Origin: Epiperipatus broadwayi
Lineage: Eukaryota > Animalia > Onychophora
DNA length: 64,000 nt
Assembly: GCA_028023455.1 (NCBI GenBank)
Contig: JAQFVV010000009.1
Location: forward strand, 14,570,001 to 14,634,000
Reading direction: 5' to 3'
This document shows, one piece after another, positions 38,977 through 51,229 of this stretch. The position numbers and the translations under genes are program-made. Position 1 is the stretch's first letter. Each line of letters starts with the position of its first letter. The notes under the pieces were generated by a model. The model ran no database searches and was not told the origin of the DNA. It was given only the letters and a program-made list of their open reading frames with translations.

Positions 38977-39974
38977 TATTTAAATCAACTAGTTTCAAAA
39001 TAATTATAATAACATTTTGAAGACAATTTTATAAACCTACACTATTTGTAATGTTCAAATAAAATAAACACTCGGTTTTATATCAAATTTAATAAAACAT
39101 TAAATATAATATCACTATTTCATTCATATTTTACATGCATTGTTATGCAATTATTGCTTAAGTTATGTGTTAAAATGAAACACTAGCCAAAAACTTATTA
39201 TCAATAAATCTATTAGATAATCCCACATTTTACCATCCCCAATCACATAGTTATTTAGATATACCGTATGTTTCTATTGCATATTTACTGAATTAGAGTC
39301 ACTGATATTACTCATCAATCTAAAACTTCGATCAATCGATTATAAAAATGGATTTTATAACAATTAAACTATATATGATGATAACTGGCAGTTATCCAAA
39401 CCAAAGATAGATATTAAGTTATAACTAGTTAATGAAATGTATGATCCCCACTTCAAAGAAGTTTAAAAGTAATTAAAACAAATCATTTTGATTAATGACA
39501 GAACAAAATCCATTAAGATTTTTCTAACCAGACAAGATAATCAAATTAATAATGCAACCCTGAACTAATGAAATTATTTCTACCAGCAATATTAACTTAA
39601 ACAAGTAAACAAATATTTAAATGTAGTAACAAATATAAAATTTTATATCTAATTGGACATAATAATAATATATAAGAAAATATACATATATCTAATGCTA
39701 TTTCACTCATTAAGATTGGTGATTTTGGATCAAACCTTTCATACCAAAATTACCTTGCATATTCAAAAGAGATAATTAGATAGATTCACCAGATTTTAAT
39801 CAACTCTAAATTTATTGGTTAATAATTAAAAATGTATAACAGTAAATTCATCATACCTCCTGGTTCTTATTTCTGATCCTAATTTGTAGAGATGATTTTC
39901 CTTTAAGTAGAGAAGACAATCATGAATAATAACTATTGCAGATTTGAATCGAATTACTTTTGCATTTAAATTCT

Positions 39975-40065
39975 GTTATAAATGTATCCAAGCTTTTAAA
40001 ACAACAGGTACTTAGTCGATGCAAAATCATGGGTAATAATGTAAAGAGAATTTTTTTCATTGACA
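39975..40065 (+). mobile_element. hAT transposase C-terminal dimerisation-like remnant
   Basis: NVSKLLKQQVLSRCKIMGNNVKRIFS resembles P.LSKLA...LSIP.SNA.VERIFS. Confidence 0.3.
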
Positions 40066-40799
40066 AAATTCAGTTATATCCAAGTGAATAATAAATGCTA
40101 ACTTTTTCTTTCCAATTAAGAAAGTGAAATTTAAATTGCTTAATATCACATATAAGTTGAATTAATTGATCTTGTGAAATTCATTGATCTGAAATATGAT
40201 ACCTGTATACACACTATTGGGTTTGTATTCATCACAAATAAATAGATGAAATTCTAGATTTTGACAGTGGAATATTTTTTTTTATAGCTGACTTGCAATA
40301 CAATGCATTTTGATAGTTTTGTTTTGTTTTACATTTTGCTGTATCCCCTGGAATTTCATCAACAAGCTGCTCAATTGAATGGGCAAATATTTTGGGTTTA
40401 TATTCCCATGATTTTAGAAATTAATCACTTAAAATTTAAAATTTAGCAAGTTTTTAAAGATGAATATAAACGTCCATTCTAAGCAATGATAAAATTACAA
40501 GAACTCAAATTGCAGCATTTCGGTTCTATTTGTAACATACTCTTGTTGTATATCACTCACATTTCAATTGATGATATAAGAAAATTGTTTAAGAAAATAT
40601 GCCTCCAATTCATAAGTGAAATGAAGATTTTAAAACAGTTGGATATAGTGAAAATAAAATCCTGTTTTACAATTTTGACATCTTTCATTTTTAACCAAAA
40701 TAAAAAAATTCATATTACATTTTCAATATTTGTTTAATTAATATATTTTTTTACATATGTCTTTAATAATATTTTTCAATAAACTGATTTATAAACAAA

Positions 40800-41556
40800 T
40801 ATATATGAGACATAAAACATTTATTTTTATAGTATGTAAATTGAGCCAATGCACATGCACTTCAAAGACAAATTATAAATTAATATGCTCACCTTTTTCC
40901 CGACACAAGATATAGTATTTTAGAAAGAATGGAATGAATCTACCCATTCTTTCAACCCAATCATTTATGTATGGCTCACCTTTTTCCTGATACAAGATAT
41001 AGTATTTTAGAAAGAATGGGCAAATCCATGCATAAATGATTGGGTTGAAAGAATGGGTGGATTCATTCCATTCTTTCGAAAATACTATATCTTGTGTCAG
41101 GAAAAAAGTGAGAGTATTTATTTATAATTTGTCTTTGAAGTGCATGTGCATTGACTTAATCACTAATATCACTATTACAGTATTAAAACATAGCACTATA
41201 TAAAATAATATCTCATTATATATGTTTAATTTCAACTAAAGAATGATGGGTCATAAATTGTAAAGTTTCCACAGGCGTCATTCGTTCAAACATAACAAAT
41301 GTAATTTAAAGTGATTGCTTAACATCTTCATGCTCTCATTTCCATATGCTTAAAATTTGCCCATACATAAATGTTTGGGTTGAAAGAATGGGTGGATTCA
41401 TTCCATTCTTTCTAAAATACTATATCTTGTGTTGGGAAAAAGGTGAGAGTATTCATTTATAATTTGTCTTTGATGCACATGTGCATTGGCTTAATCACTA
41501 ATATCACTATTACAGTATTAAAACATAGCGCTATATAAAATAATATCTCATTATAT
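40800..41556. repeat. Rearranged fold-back element: one left arm and two right arms
   Basis: 40800-40973 is inverted relative to 41026-41222 and 41361-41556, which are ~196-bp direct repeats; partial internal copy at 40975-41019. Confidence 0.88.
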
Positions 41557-41924
41557 AAGTATGTAAATTGCTATAGTGATTATAATAACAGATATTGAAA
41601 TGTTAATAATGAATAATAATATTGATTTTATTTAAGTGATCTTTCTATGATTCACTTAACTATTTCCAAAATCTATATATTTATTTACTTGTTTATATTT
41701 TTCCTGAAATCTCCAACAACAGATTTATGATTTGATGCTAGAATTAATAGCAAATAATATTATTTTAAAATATTAGATTGCCATGGATAGCTAGTTAACA
41801 TTATATTTCAAGACTTCCATTATCCATAAATCAAGTGAATTGAAAATTAAGCGAGACTAACAAATTTCTTTATTCTTTTTTAAAATACTGTGACATACAG
41901 CACTAATGTGGCACTTACAATATA

Positions 41925-42480
41925 TATAATTCTTAGCCTTATTTGAACTTCCATTTTCAGATTAGTTTCTGACTTTTGCTTTTATCAATGAGGCCTAGGA
42001 TACAAAGTTAGAATGAATGCATATATACATTCAGCAATCACATTAAATTTCTCTCTAGCTGTTAATTGAAAATTGTTTCACACTCAAGGCTTTGTGTACT
42101 AGCAAATTATTATGGTAAAGCTTGCACCCCACATAAAGCCAAATATCAGGATGTTTCATTTTATTGCATCATGCAGACTTTTCAGAACCTGGGGTTTTAA
42201 ATGATTGATAGTTATGACCAAATTCTGAATGAACAATGCTATTTGCATCCAATAAAAAAAAAATCAGCTTCACCTTGCAACACTTTTTTGAGATGTAATG
42301 AATTTGACACTTCCATTAAACCACTTGTAAAGTTGTATTTTGCCAGAGCAGCTTGCTTGTAAAGTGATTCAAGCATTATAATTGTTTTTCTACCATTTTC
42401 CATAATAGAAATTGTTTAAACTTTTCAACCATTATGGAAATCAACAATAAGTGAGACACCCTTAACAAAAATGTTTACTA
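41925..42480 (-). pseudogene. Internally deleted mariner transposase remnant
   Basis: KIQLYKWFNG (42310-42342), LLDANSIVHSEF (~42215-42255), KHPDIW and LYHNN...HKALSVKQF match mariner HTH and DDD-domain motifs. Confidence 0.7.
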
Positions 42481-45329
42481 TACTGTAGCATGAATTATCT
42501 TGATGCTGACAGCTAGTAAACTATTGCAGGGTGATTTCTTCAAGAGACATCTATTGATAGGAGCATGTGCTCGCTTTCAAGAGCATGACTCCTTTTATTT
42601 TTGGGCCTTCCAATTTTGAATTTCAAACTTCATTATAAAAACAAAAGCCAGAAGCTTATCTGAGAATGGGGGTTCAAATACTAAGAATAAATATTTTATA
42701 TGCATCTGATAATCATTGATTGATTATTCAAGCTTGCACAAAATGGCAATTAAGTAAAGAACCATTTTGTCTTGTATTGGTTAAAACTCTTTCTTTTGCA
42801 TCTAAATATATATGATATAAAGTACAGTGTTTTTTTATTCTTGATATTAGAAATATAATCTTAATAATTATTATTTTAAATTGAACCTACATCCTCTCAT
42901 GTCGTATATAAGAACTTTATGTGAAATTATAATTTTCAATTTTAGTAGTCATCAAAATGATTTATCTGTAATTCTAAAGCATGAATTTGACCTTTCTTTT
43001 GTAACTGCCACACACTACCATCATTGTTTAAAATATATTTTTAAAAATCATTTCAAGCAAAGTATGATTTTCATATTTATATTAAATTCATAAAGCTTTT
43101 TATTATGAGCTTGAATATGAAGAAATCATGAATAAAAAATCATTTCATAACTATATTCACTCGGCAAAGTGAATTTCTGAATCTATATATCTTTTAGAAA
43201 GTAAAAAAAAAAAAATGACAGTTTTCATTATAAAATCTGAATATTTGTAATGAATTACCATAAGTTTGATTTTGCATTAATAATTTTTTTTATTAAAATT
43301 ACCACTTTGTTAAAGAAACAAAAAAGTAAACATGTTTTAAGTCAACATGAATTAAACATTCGACCACAGAGCCTGCCTTTATTTGGATAGTGTTTACTAG
43401 AGACGTTTTAAACCCTCCAGTTTAATCATTTTACCACATTATACTTACAAAATATTCCACTAAGGAAGAGAATAATTTTCATAAACTTGATCAAAACTAG
43501 CGGGAGAAAAATATTTTACCAATTCTATGAGTTTAAGAAATCTTTGAACATTTCTTTCATCAACTTAAAAATTATTTAGACAATTTAATTGATTTCTTTT
43601 TTAAAAACAGAAACTCAACATTAAATCATATTTAAAAGTAAATAAATATTGCTAATATTAAAGTTTATTTAAGACAAATATTTGCTTACACTTAACTAAT
43701 AATTTGTAAGTCACCGGTTCAAATTTTATTTTAAATTATCTCGTATAAAGCTTTTTATATATTTCTTCATCATCATTAGCTATTAAAGCTTCTTAGTCTT
43801 TACTACTAATAAAAGAGTTCAAAGAACACAGCTTTACGCGTAAATAAAAACATCAAAGACCAGTTCTCATATTCAAATCCATTATATATTATGCGCACAT
43901 ACCATTCATTTCTGCAATGATCCAAGAGTTGTTTTTATTCTCTTTGAAAGCAATTATGAATTCCCTAGTCTCTCATCCTAACATTATCCAATAGATAATG
44001 TAAGATGAAGTATATCTTATATGTATGTAGATCTGTGGAAGTTAAATATATATCCAAAGCTGTAACTGCACAGTAACATACTATATTTATACAATAAATT
44101 ATTGGGCATTTAGTATCCTGTGCAAATTAATACAATGATAAAGTACTTTAAGAGCTAAAAGTTTTTAGATTGATTCTGATCTGGGTAAAGTTTTAAAAAA
44201 AAAGCAACAACCATGTTAGTTTGGTCAATTAAATGAAATTGCTCTATTTACTTTGCTTCTTGGATGTTTGGATATCATTATAAGATTATTTATTTTAAAA
44301 CTGGAGGTAGAGTTATTCTCATAACACAATTTATTCTAGCATCTCAATATTTAATAGAACTATATCACAAGTTTTAATAAGCTTTTCACATACTTAAGAT
44401 CCATAATATATGGTGAAAATAAAAATATATTTAGTTAATCTCCTGTAAAATAACAATCTCACTAGCAGCTCTTCAAAGTGAAAGAGTAAAGAAGAATATT
44501 TTATAAATCAAACTTGCCAATTGCTATGTATAGAAGTTTGAGGATTTCTCCATTTTTATTTTCCTTTTAGCTAAGAATAATTACAAACCAACATATTGAC
44601 CAATACTGGATTGTTAATCAGGATAGTAGACTTGATCAAGATCATAAATATAACAAATGGCTGCATTATCATTGCATCACAAAACTTTTATGGTGCATTA
44701 ATTTTAAATAACTTACTGCAGAGCGAAGAAATCTTTAGCATTTTCACATACAATAATAGTAAAGTAAAATATCTTAATAGTCAGAATAATTAATCATTCA
44801 TAAGAGATGGTTTTATACATTTTTTGGTAGTTACCAAAAGTTAGATATCCATTTACTGCTCTGTAATCAGATGATAGCTGAGTTGCTAGAAAATCTATTG
44901 CTATCATAACATTTTTAAATTTTTCTGTATTAAATGCATCAGTAAATACTCATACAATTTAAGTTTTGCTTACAAAATCAACAGCTCATCAGTTGTATTA
45001 AAATATAAATATTTTGTACCAAACTATAGCAATAGAAACTCATTTTTATATCTGTTTTGCCATAATTCATTTTAATTTTAAAATATAAAAACTATTATTA
45101 TGCACAATCAACAATTATTGAAAACAGTTTAAGAAAGAGCATCAAAATGGGTTTAAAATTTTCTCTACCATATCAATAACTTCTCATAAATAAATATGAT
45201 CATTCTAATTTGAGAAAATTGAGATGGTAGGGTAAAAAAAATGATAAATTTTAAGATGACTATATAAATCAGTTCATATTTGCACACATATCATTTGTTT
45301 ATCCTTTAGTCTAATTTTTGATATGTTGT

Positions 45330-46100
45330 GATGTGGTTTTTTAACTTCTGAAGTAAACCTTTTTTTGTGAAAAACAATATCTCATCTAATTATAGTTTTT
45401 ATTGTGTTTGAGTGGGTTCTCGAGATAATTTTTATAAGACAAAATAAGATTTGCTTTTCCCATGAAAATAATTTTCAAATTTACCATAAAGTACTTTTTA
45501 AAATATTTGTTATATGTTCTACAATTCATATGCCCAATTCAACAAAGTTGAGCTTTTGCAATTGTAGATTCAATATCATCCCATTCAACAAAATGATGGG
45601 TGTTATGATTTCATTTTTTTTCTTCAAATTTTTATGTTCATTTAAAAAAAATTCGAACACCTTTATGTGTGACACCAATGGCATTTCATGTATGCATAAT
45701 AAATTTGGACAATAATAAACCTATATCAATAGTTTTGAAGCAGTTATATCACTTTGACAAAAATATTTTTTCAACTTTTTTGAAATGCCACAGTTCTTTG
45801 AAATTTATGCTACATCTAAACATTTAAATCACTTTTTTACCTAAAAATATAACATTTAAACATTTAAAATTACTGAAGATTTTTTTAATACTGATTTATA
45901 AAGCATCTGAATTTTTGAACATTAAGTTGCATAGATACAAGAGCAATGCTTGAGAAGCTGGTTATGTTTCACTTTGCTGATCAGACTATATAGATGCAGA
46001 TGTTCAACATTATACTGGATTAAAAAGAATGGCTAAATATTGATTTGCATAAAAAGAACTGCATTAGTATCAGGACTGAATATTACAAGAATATGCATCA
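45330..46100 (-). mobile_element. RTE (BovB-like) LINE 3' fragment
   Basis: WDDIESTIAKAQLC*IGHMNCR resembles SIE..I.KAQLRW.GHV.RM; post-YADD-like sequence near 45900-46000. Confidence 0.6.
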
Positions 46101-47229
46101 AATAAATATGTACATAATAATAAAATAGGTATTTTAAAATACACTGTATACAAAAAAATATAAAAAATAAATTGTGTGCTCAGAAAATATTAATTTATAA
46201 GTAAATGTTTTATTGCAAAGTAAAGAGTGTTGTGAAGAGATTTTTCACTTTAAAATGGAAGGAATGATATGAGGAACCCTTTAAGATTTATGTATGTAAA
46301 AATTGACCACGAAATAGACTGATGTAATAAATTGGGAAAGAACAATCCTTTGAATGTTATAAATAGTTTATAATATAATTTCATAAAAAATACTGTAATA
46401 TGAAAAAAAGGAAGGAGCAACAATGAATTTGTGAATACAAAAACATACACTCAGTTTGAAAAAACAAACTGATTTCAAAAATGAAGTCAAATATTAATAA
46501 GACACCAAAGAGGATTAGAATAACAAAACATAATTAACATATTAGGCATTAGACATTAAAGTAATCACATAAATATAAATGTCATTTAGATAAGATAGAT
46601 TAATGCTTTAATTAAAAATTAAGACATCTGGAAAAAGGTTTTAAAAAACGTGAGTTGATGCATATAAAAACTGAACAGAAGAGAATTAGTATGATTCACC
46701 ATGAACCAGAAAATGTTGGATTGTGGACTTTTATTTTCCATATTCCTGATTAGAAAATAATTACGTAGTTTTTGCAATTAAGATCCAAGCTTTTTTACTA
46801 GTACCTTTATTTGAAAAATGCCTCTAAAACTACACAGTATATGTATATAAGTTAACTTATGAAATAATGCCTTGGATTCAAATGTAGGCCTGATACTTGA
46901 AAACTTTTTTATATTCTAATTAGTCTTGGAATATTTTCCAGGTATATGACTCATAAAAAAACCAGATAACAATATTATATTGGTTACTAATGGATATTTT
47001 ATCTAATCTTAACTATAGGAGGAAATAAGGATGAAATATTGTTCAAAATCTTACTATGTGGAATTTGTCAAGACAAGTAAACAAATAGTTCTCTTTTGGT
47101 ATTTTTTTATGAAGACATTTTGAAGATATATATAGGTATTAAAATGTTATAATTAGCAATTTTTTTATTATATCAACAATATAATGTAAAATAAATAAAA
47201 ATTAACTTACTATTCACTTGTCAGAATAT

Positions 47230-47604
47230 TGGAAAGAAAGTCACCCGCAGACCATTTTACGTGTGCCCGCCGCTATCCGAACACGATAAAAAATTGTTTA
47301 TCTGATACAAATAAATTTAATTTTTAAAATTTCTTATAAATTATTGTATTATATTATAATCAAATTGTAGGACATATTATACTTTTACAGCATAAAAACA
47401 TAAACGTTAATTATATGTTAAAATTTTATTTTTGAAATAAATATTTTTTTGTACATTATGTGTATTATTAACAATATCCAACTATAAATTTACATTAGAA
47501 AAATAAATGGTGCCCACCATCTGGTTGAAAAAAATTAATGGTGCCCGCCAACTGACCAGTATTGTAGAATGTGCTCTTAAGTGCAAAAAGGTTGGGGACC
47601 CCTG
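47230..47604. mobile_element. Right end of a hAT element with subterminal repeats
   Basis: AAAAGGTTGGGGACCCCTG at 47586-47604 (reverse complement CAGGGGTCCCCAACCTTTT); GTGCCC(G/A)CC three times; CpG-rich. Confidence 0.65.
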
Positions 47605-48981
47605 CTCTACCACAAAAAACACATGCGATTTACTTTCTAAGATGGAACTCATCAGTTAAAGCAATGACATTACAGTTCTTTCACAAACTACACAGAGACT
47701 TGAGATTTATATAATACAAGCCTAAATTATAAAAAAAAAAGTTTGTTTAAATTCATAAAAAAATTTATAATTACAAATAATATGTTAAAACACTTTTGCA
47801 CAATATTAAAGAATGCTTTTAAAGACAGAAATACTTTATTGTAATAAATTATTAGATGAAACATCCCATGATTACTATAGTTATTTTCACTCTGCATAAT
47901 AAGTCATGTGATATTTATTTGGTATATACCATGCTTGTCAGAAGTGACTGGTACTTACAGTTAATATAAAACTGAGATCCATAAAAATATATAATTACTG
48001 ACTAGTACCAGACTTCATATATTGCAATACATTAAAATGACTTGATTTAAAAAATCTTAAGGCACTTTGATCTCCAGTTATTAACTTAGATAGTTTAAGA
48101 TAATTAAATGTGGCTGCTATGAGAGCAATCCTGCTTTCCCATATTAAAAACTCTAAATTAGCTTGATAATGTTAATGTAGAATTACTATCAGTCTTGATT
48201 AGTTAGTCAAATTTACAATATATGTTAGATTAGAATAAATAGAATGATTTTCTGTTTCTGATGCAGTTTATTTAAATGAATAACTAATAAACATTTAATA
48301 TTATTTACTCAGCAATATTATTAATGCTTGAAAGTATTTCAATGGGAATATGTTTTATATATCTTTTTTCTTTATAAACAGTCTTCATTCTAGATTTTAG
48401 ATGCATATTTTAAACCCTCAAATCATTATTATTACTTTGTAGAATGATAAGTTGTTTATTTCTGAGGAGTTCATAAGACGTTTGAGCACAAAATGACAGA
48501 GACTGAGCCACAATCCATGGACTTTGAAATCTATAAAGTCCACAAATCCTATCAGTAAACTAAATCATGCATGGTAATAATTTAGTGTTTATTGCTCATA
48601 AGTTTATAAGAAATTTGAACAATAATTCATGAACCTAAAGTACCAGAGTTCCCCCATTTACTACTGCACTGAAGTAAGCAGGGCTGACTATTAACAATAA
48701 AGATAAAATGGAATAGTGATAAAAGAAACTAAAATACATGGTCTACCAAAGATCTATTATTTGTATCAACTTTCACATTGTTTAAATATTATTTATAAAA
48801 ATAGAGAAATACAGTGAAAATGGTAATATAAATCATTAGTATTAGAGCGACATCACATTGTCGTAATGTTAGAATGTTTATATACACAAAAACTGAAATA
48901 AAATCTATTTACTATTATGCCATTTTACCATAAAGGAATGTTTTTAAAAATATACTGTTTTAGAAATATACATATTACACT

Positions 48982-50004
48982 ATGTCTGTGTCAAAAGAAG
49001 TAAAAATTACAAATTTCTTTTTTAGATTTGAAGATTTATTGCAATCATTCAAAAACAACTGTTTACGTATAATATTAGCAGTTGCAGTAGCAGGAACTGG
49101 AGTAATTTTTTTAAGAAATTGGCTTTCTGGTGTAGCTTGTAATAGCCCAAATAGGTTAGATGGTAAAACTATAATTATAACAGGAGAAAATACTAGAATT
49201 GGTAAATAAACAGCTAAAAAATTGATTAGACAGGGTGCTAGAGTAACTATAGCATGCCGAGATATCTTAAAGGGTGAAAGAGCTGCAGATGAAATATTAT
49301 CAGCTTGTAATACTGCTAGAGTTTCAGTGTACCAACTTGATCTGACTTCATTGTGGTTTGTAAGAAATTTTGCTAATATTATCATTGCTATACAGAGTCA
49401 GTTACATGTTCTTATTAATAATGCTGGTGTTATGTATTGTCCAAAGTGGAGAACAGAAGATGATTTCAAAATGCATTTTGGTGTCAACCATTTGGGACAT
49501 TTTCTTTTGACTTTATTACTGTTCGTTTATTAAAAAAAGTCTGCTCCTTCAAGGATTATTAATGTTTTTTCACTAATACATCGATGGGGTAAAATTCATT
49601 TTGATGATATTAATTTGGAAAATGATTATTCCCCTATGAAGGCTTTATGCACCAAGAAAATTAGCTAATATTCTTTTTACTCAAGAACTTGCTAGAAGAT
49701 TATGAGGTCCTGGTGTATCAGTATTTATACTTCATTCTGGTGTGGTAAAACAGAACTAACAAGACATGCAGTATTAACAGTTCCTAGATGGTGTTGATGG
49801 TTGACAAGACCTTTTGTACTTTTAATTATGAAAACTTCTGAAGAAGGTGCACATACTAGTGTATATTGTGCTGTAGCTGATATAGAAGATTTATCAGGAC
49901 ATTATTTTAGTGATTATCCAATACATACTCCAGCAGCTCATGCCTGTAATGAAAAAACTGCTGCAATATTATGGAATTTAAGTTTGGAAATAGTTTCAAA
50001 TTAA
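48982..50004 (+). pseudogene. Intronless pseudogene of an RDH11/12/13-like short-chain dehydrogenase/reductase
   Basis: RLDGKTIIITGENTRIGK*, ACRD, LDL, LINNAGVM, HFGVNHLGHFLLT, KKSAPSRIINV, YAPRKLAN (YxxxK after a frameshift), EEGAHTSVYCAV, G.YFSD. Stops at 49207 and 49531, further stops and two frameshifts at ~49645-49750. Confidence 0.93.
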
Positions 50005-50497
50005 AATTTTACAAATTTTTAAAATTCCTTTGTAGTATTATAATATGCTCCAGCTAGATGGAATTACACAAAGGGAATCAAAACTTATTAAGTACCCAGA
50101 ACAGCATATGAATAAGATATTTAAATTTCCACAATACCTTATTAGTTAACTAGATGAGAAGACAGAATCATGTTGCAGCAACCATACAAAATAATGATGT
50201 AACATGGATTGATAATAAACATTTTCAATAATGTTCAAAGTTTATGTAGCAATTACTGGCTCCAAAACTCTGTGATGTTAATTGGATACTTGTTAGTTTC
50301 ATCTAGTAAAGTATTATAGATATATAAAATTATGAAAGGTTCAAAAACAACTTGAAAAAAAAACACTTGCATTCTTTGAACTTATTATGGGTATTATCCT
50401 GCTGAAAATGAATGCAAAGTTATAATATTACAACTATAAAATTTCATCCATATATTTGTTAAATTGTCAGCATACTGAAATTGGGAACAAGATGTAA

Positions 50498-50950
50498 CTA
50501 ATGCCAATCTATATAAGGATGCATAGAATCAGAGAAATAACATGCCATTTTGATAATAACAGAATCTTGTGACTGATTGACTTTTTTTGTTGAACACATA
50601 TGAGTGCTATTCCTATCACACCCACTGTTATCTTCTATCCTAAGTTTTATCTTGTGGCAAATGGACATCACAAAAGCATCTGACATCTCACCATAGATAT
50701 TTTTGTTTCATTGTATGATCACCAGATGCTTTTTGTCCTTGTCTAGTGATGTCTGGCCAAGACCATATTTGTTTAATTGCAGAATGTCCCTCTATGATGA
50801 ATATCTGTGCCTTTCTACTACTACAGATATTTGTTCTCACATTTGATGTTCAATATATTGATAGACTAACAGTATGTAAGATTGATCAAACTTCTGAAAT
50901 ATGCCTAGCTACTGATAAAATTGACAAACAGATCTAAACATCTCCATTTC
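50498..50950 (-). mobile_element. RTE LINE 3' fragment
   Basis: IWSWPDITR (cf. W.WAGHIARR) and terminal PYIDWH*. Confidence 0.45.
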
Positions 50951-51229
50951 TTGGATGTACTGCAACATGGAAAATGACTATTAAATCCTTCTATCTCTCA
51001 TGATTTGAGTATTAATTTTTATTTTGCATAGCTTACTTTGAGCAGTGTATTTTTAATGAATAGCCTAAATCTATATCAAGAGAAATACTAACAGCAGCTA
51101 CAATATATGAATTAGCTGTTAGTATGATTAACCATGGAATTAAAATCCAAAGTGCTTAATGAATGCCAAGTGTGCATTTATTTATAAATTCATTTTCTTT
51201 ATTAAAAATAAATTAATATATTTAGGTTG

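Noticed and set aside
48849-48880. Helitron 3' end capturing the SDR gene (CGACA...TGTCG hairpin)
   Set aside because: Only a 5-bp stem, no CTRR-T terminus at the right distance, and it lies upstream of the gene.
48982-50004. Bacterial horizontal transfer as the reason for the missing introns
   Set aside because: The N-terminal anchor and motif pattern fit animal RDH11/12/13-type enzymes.
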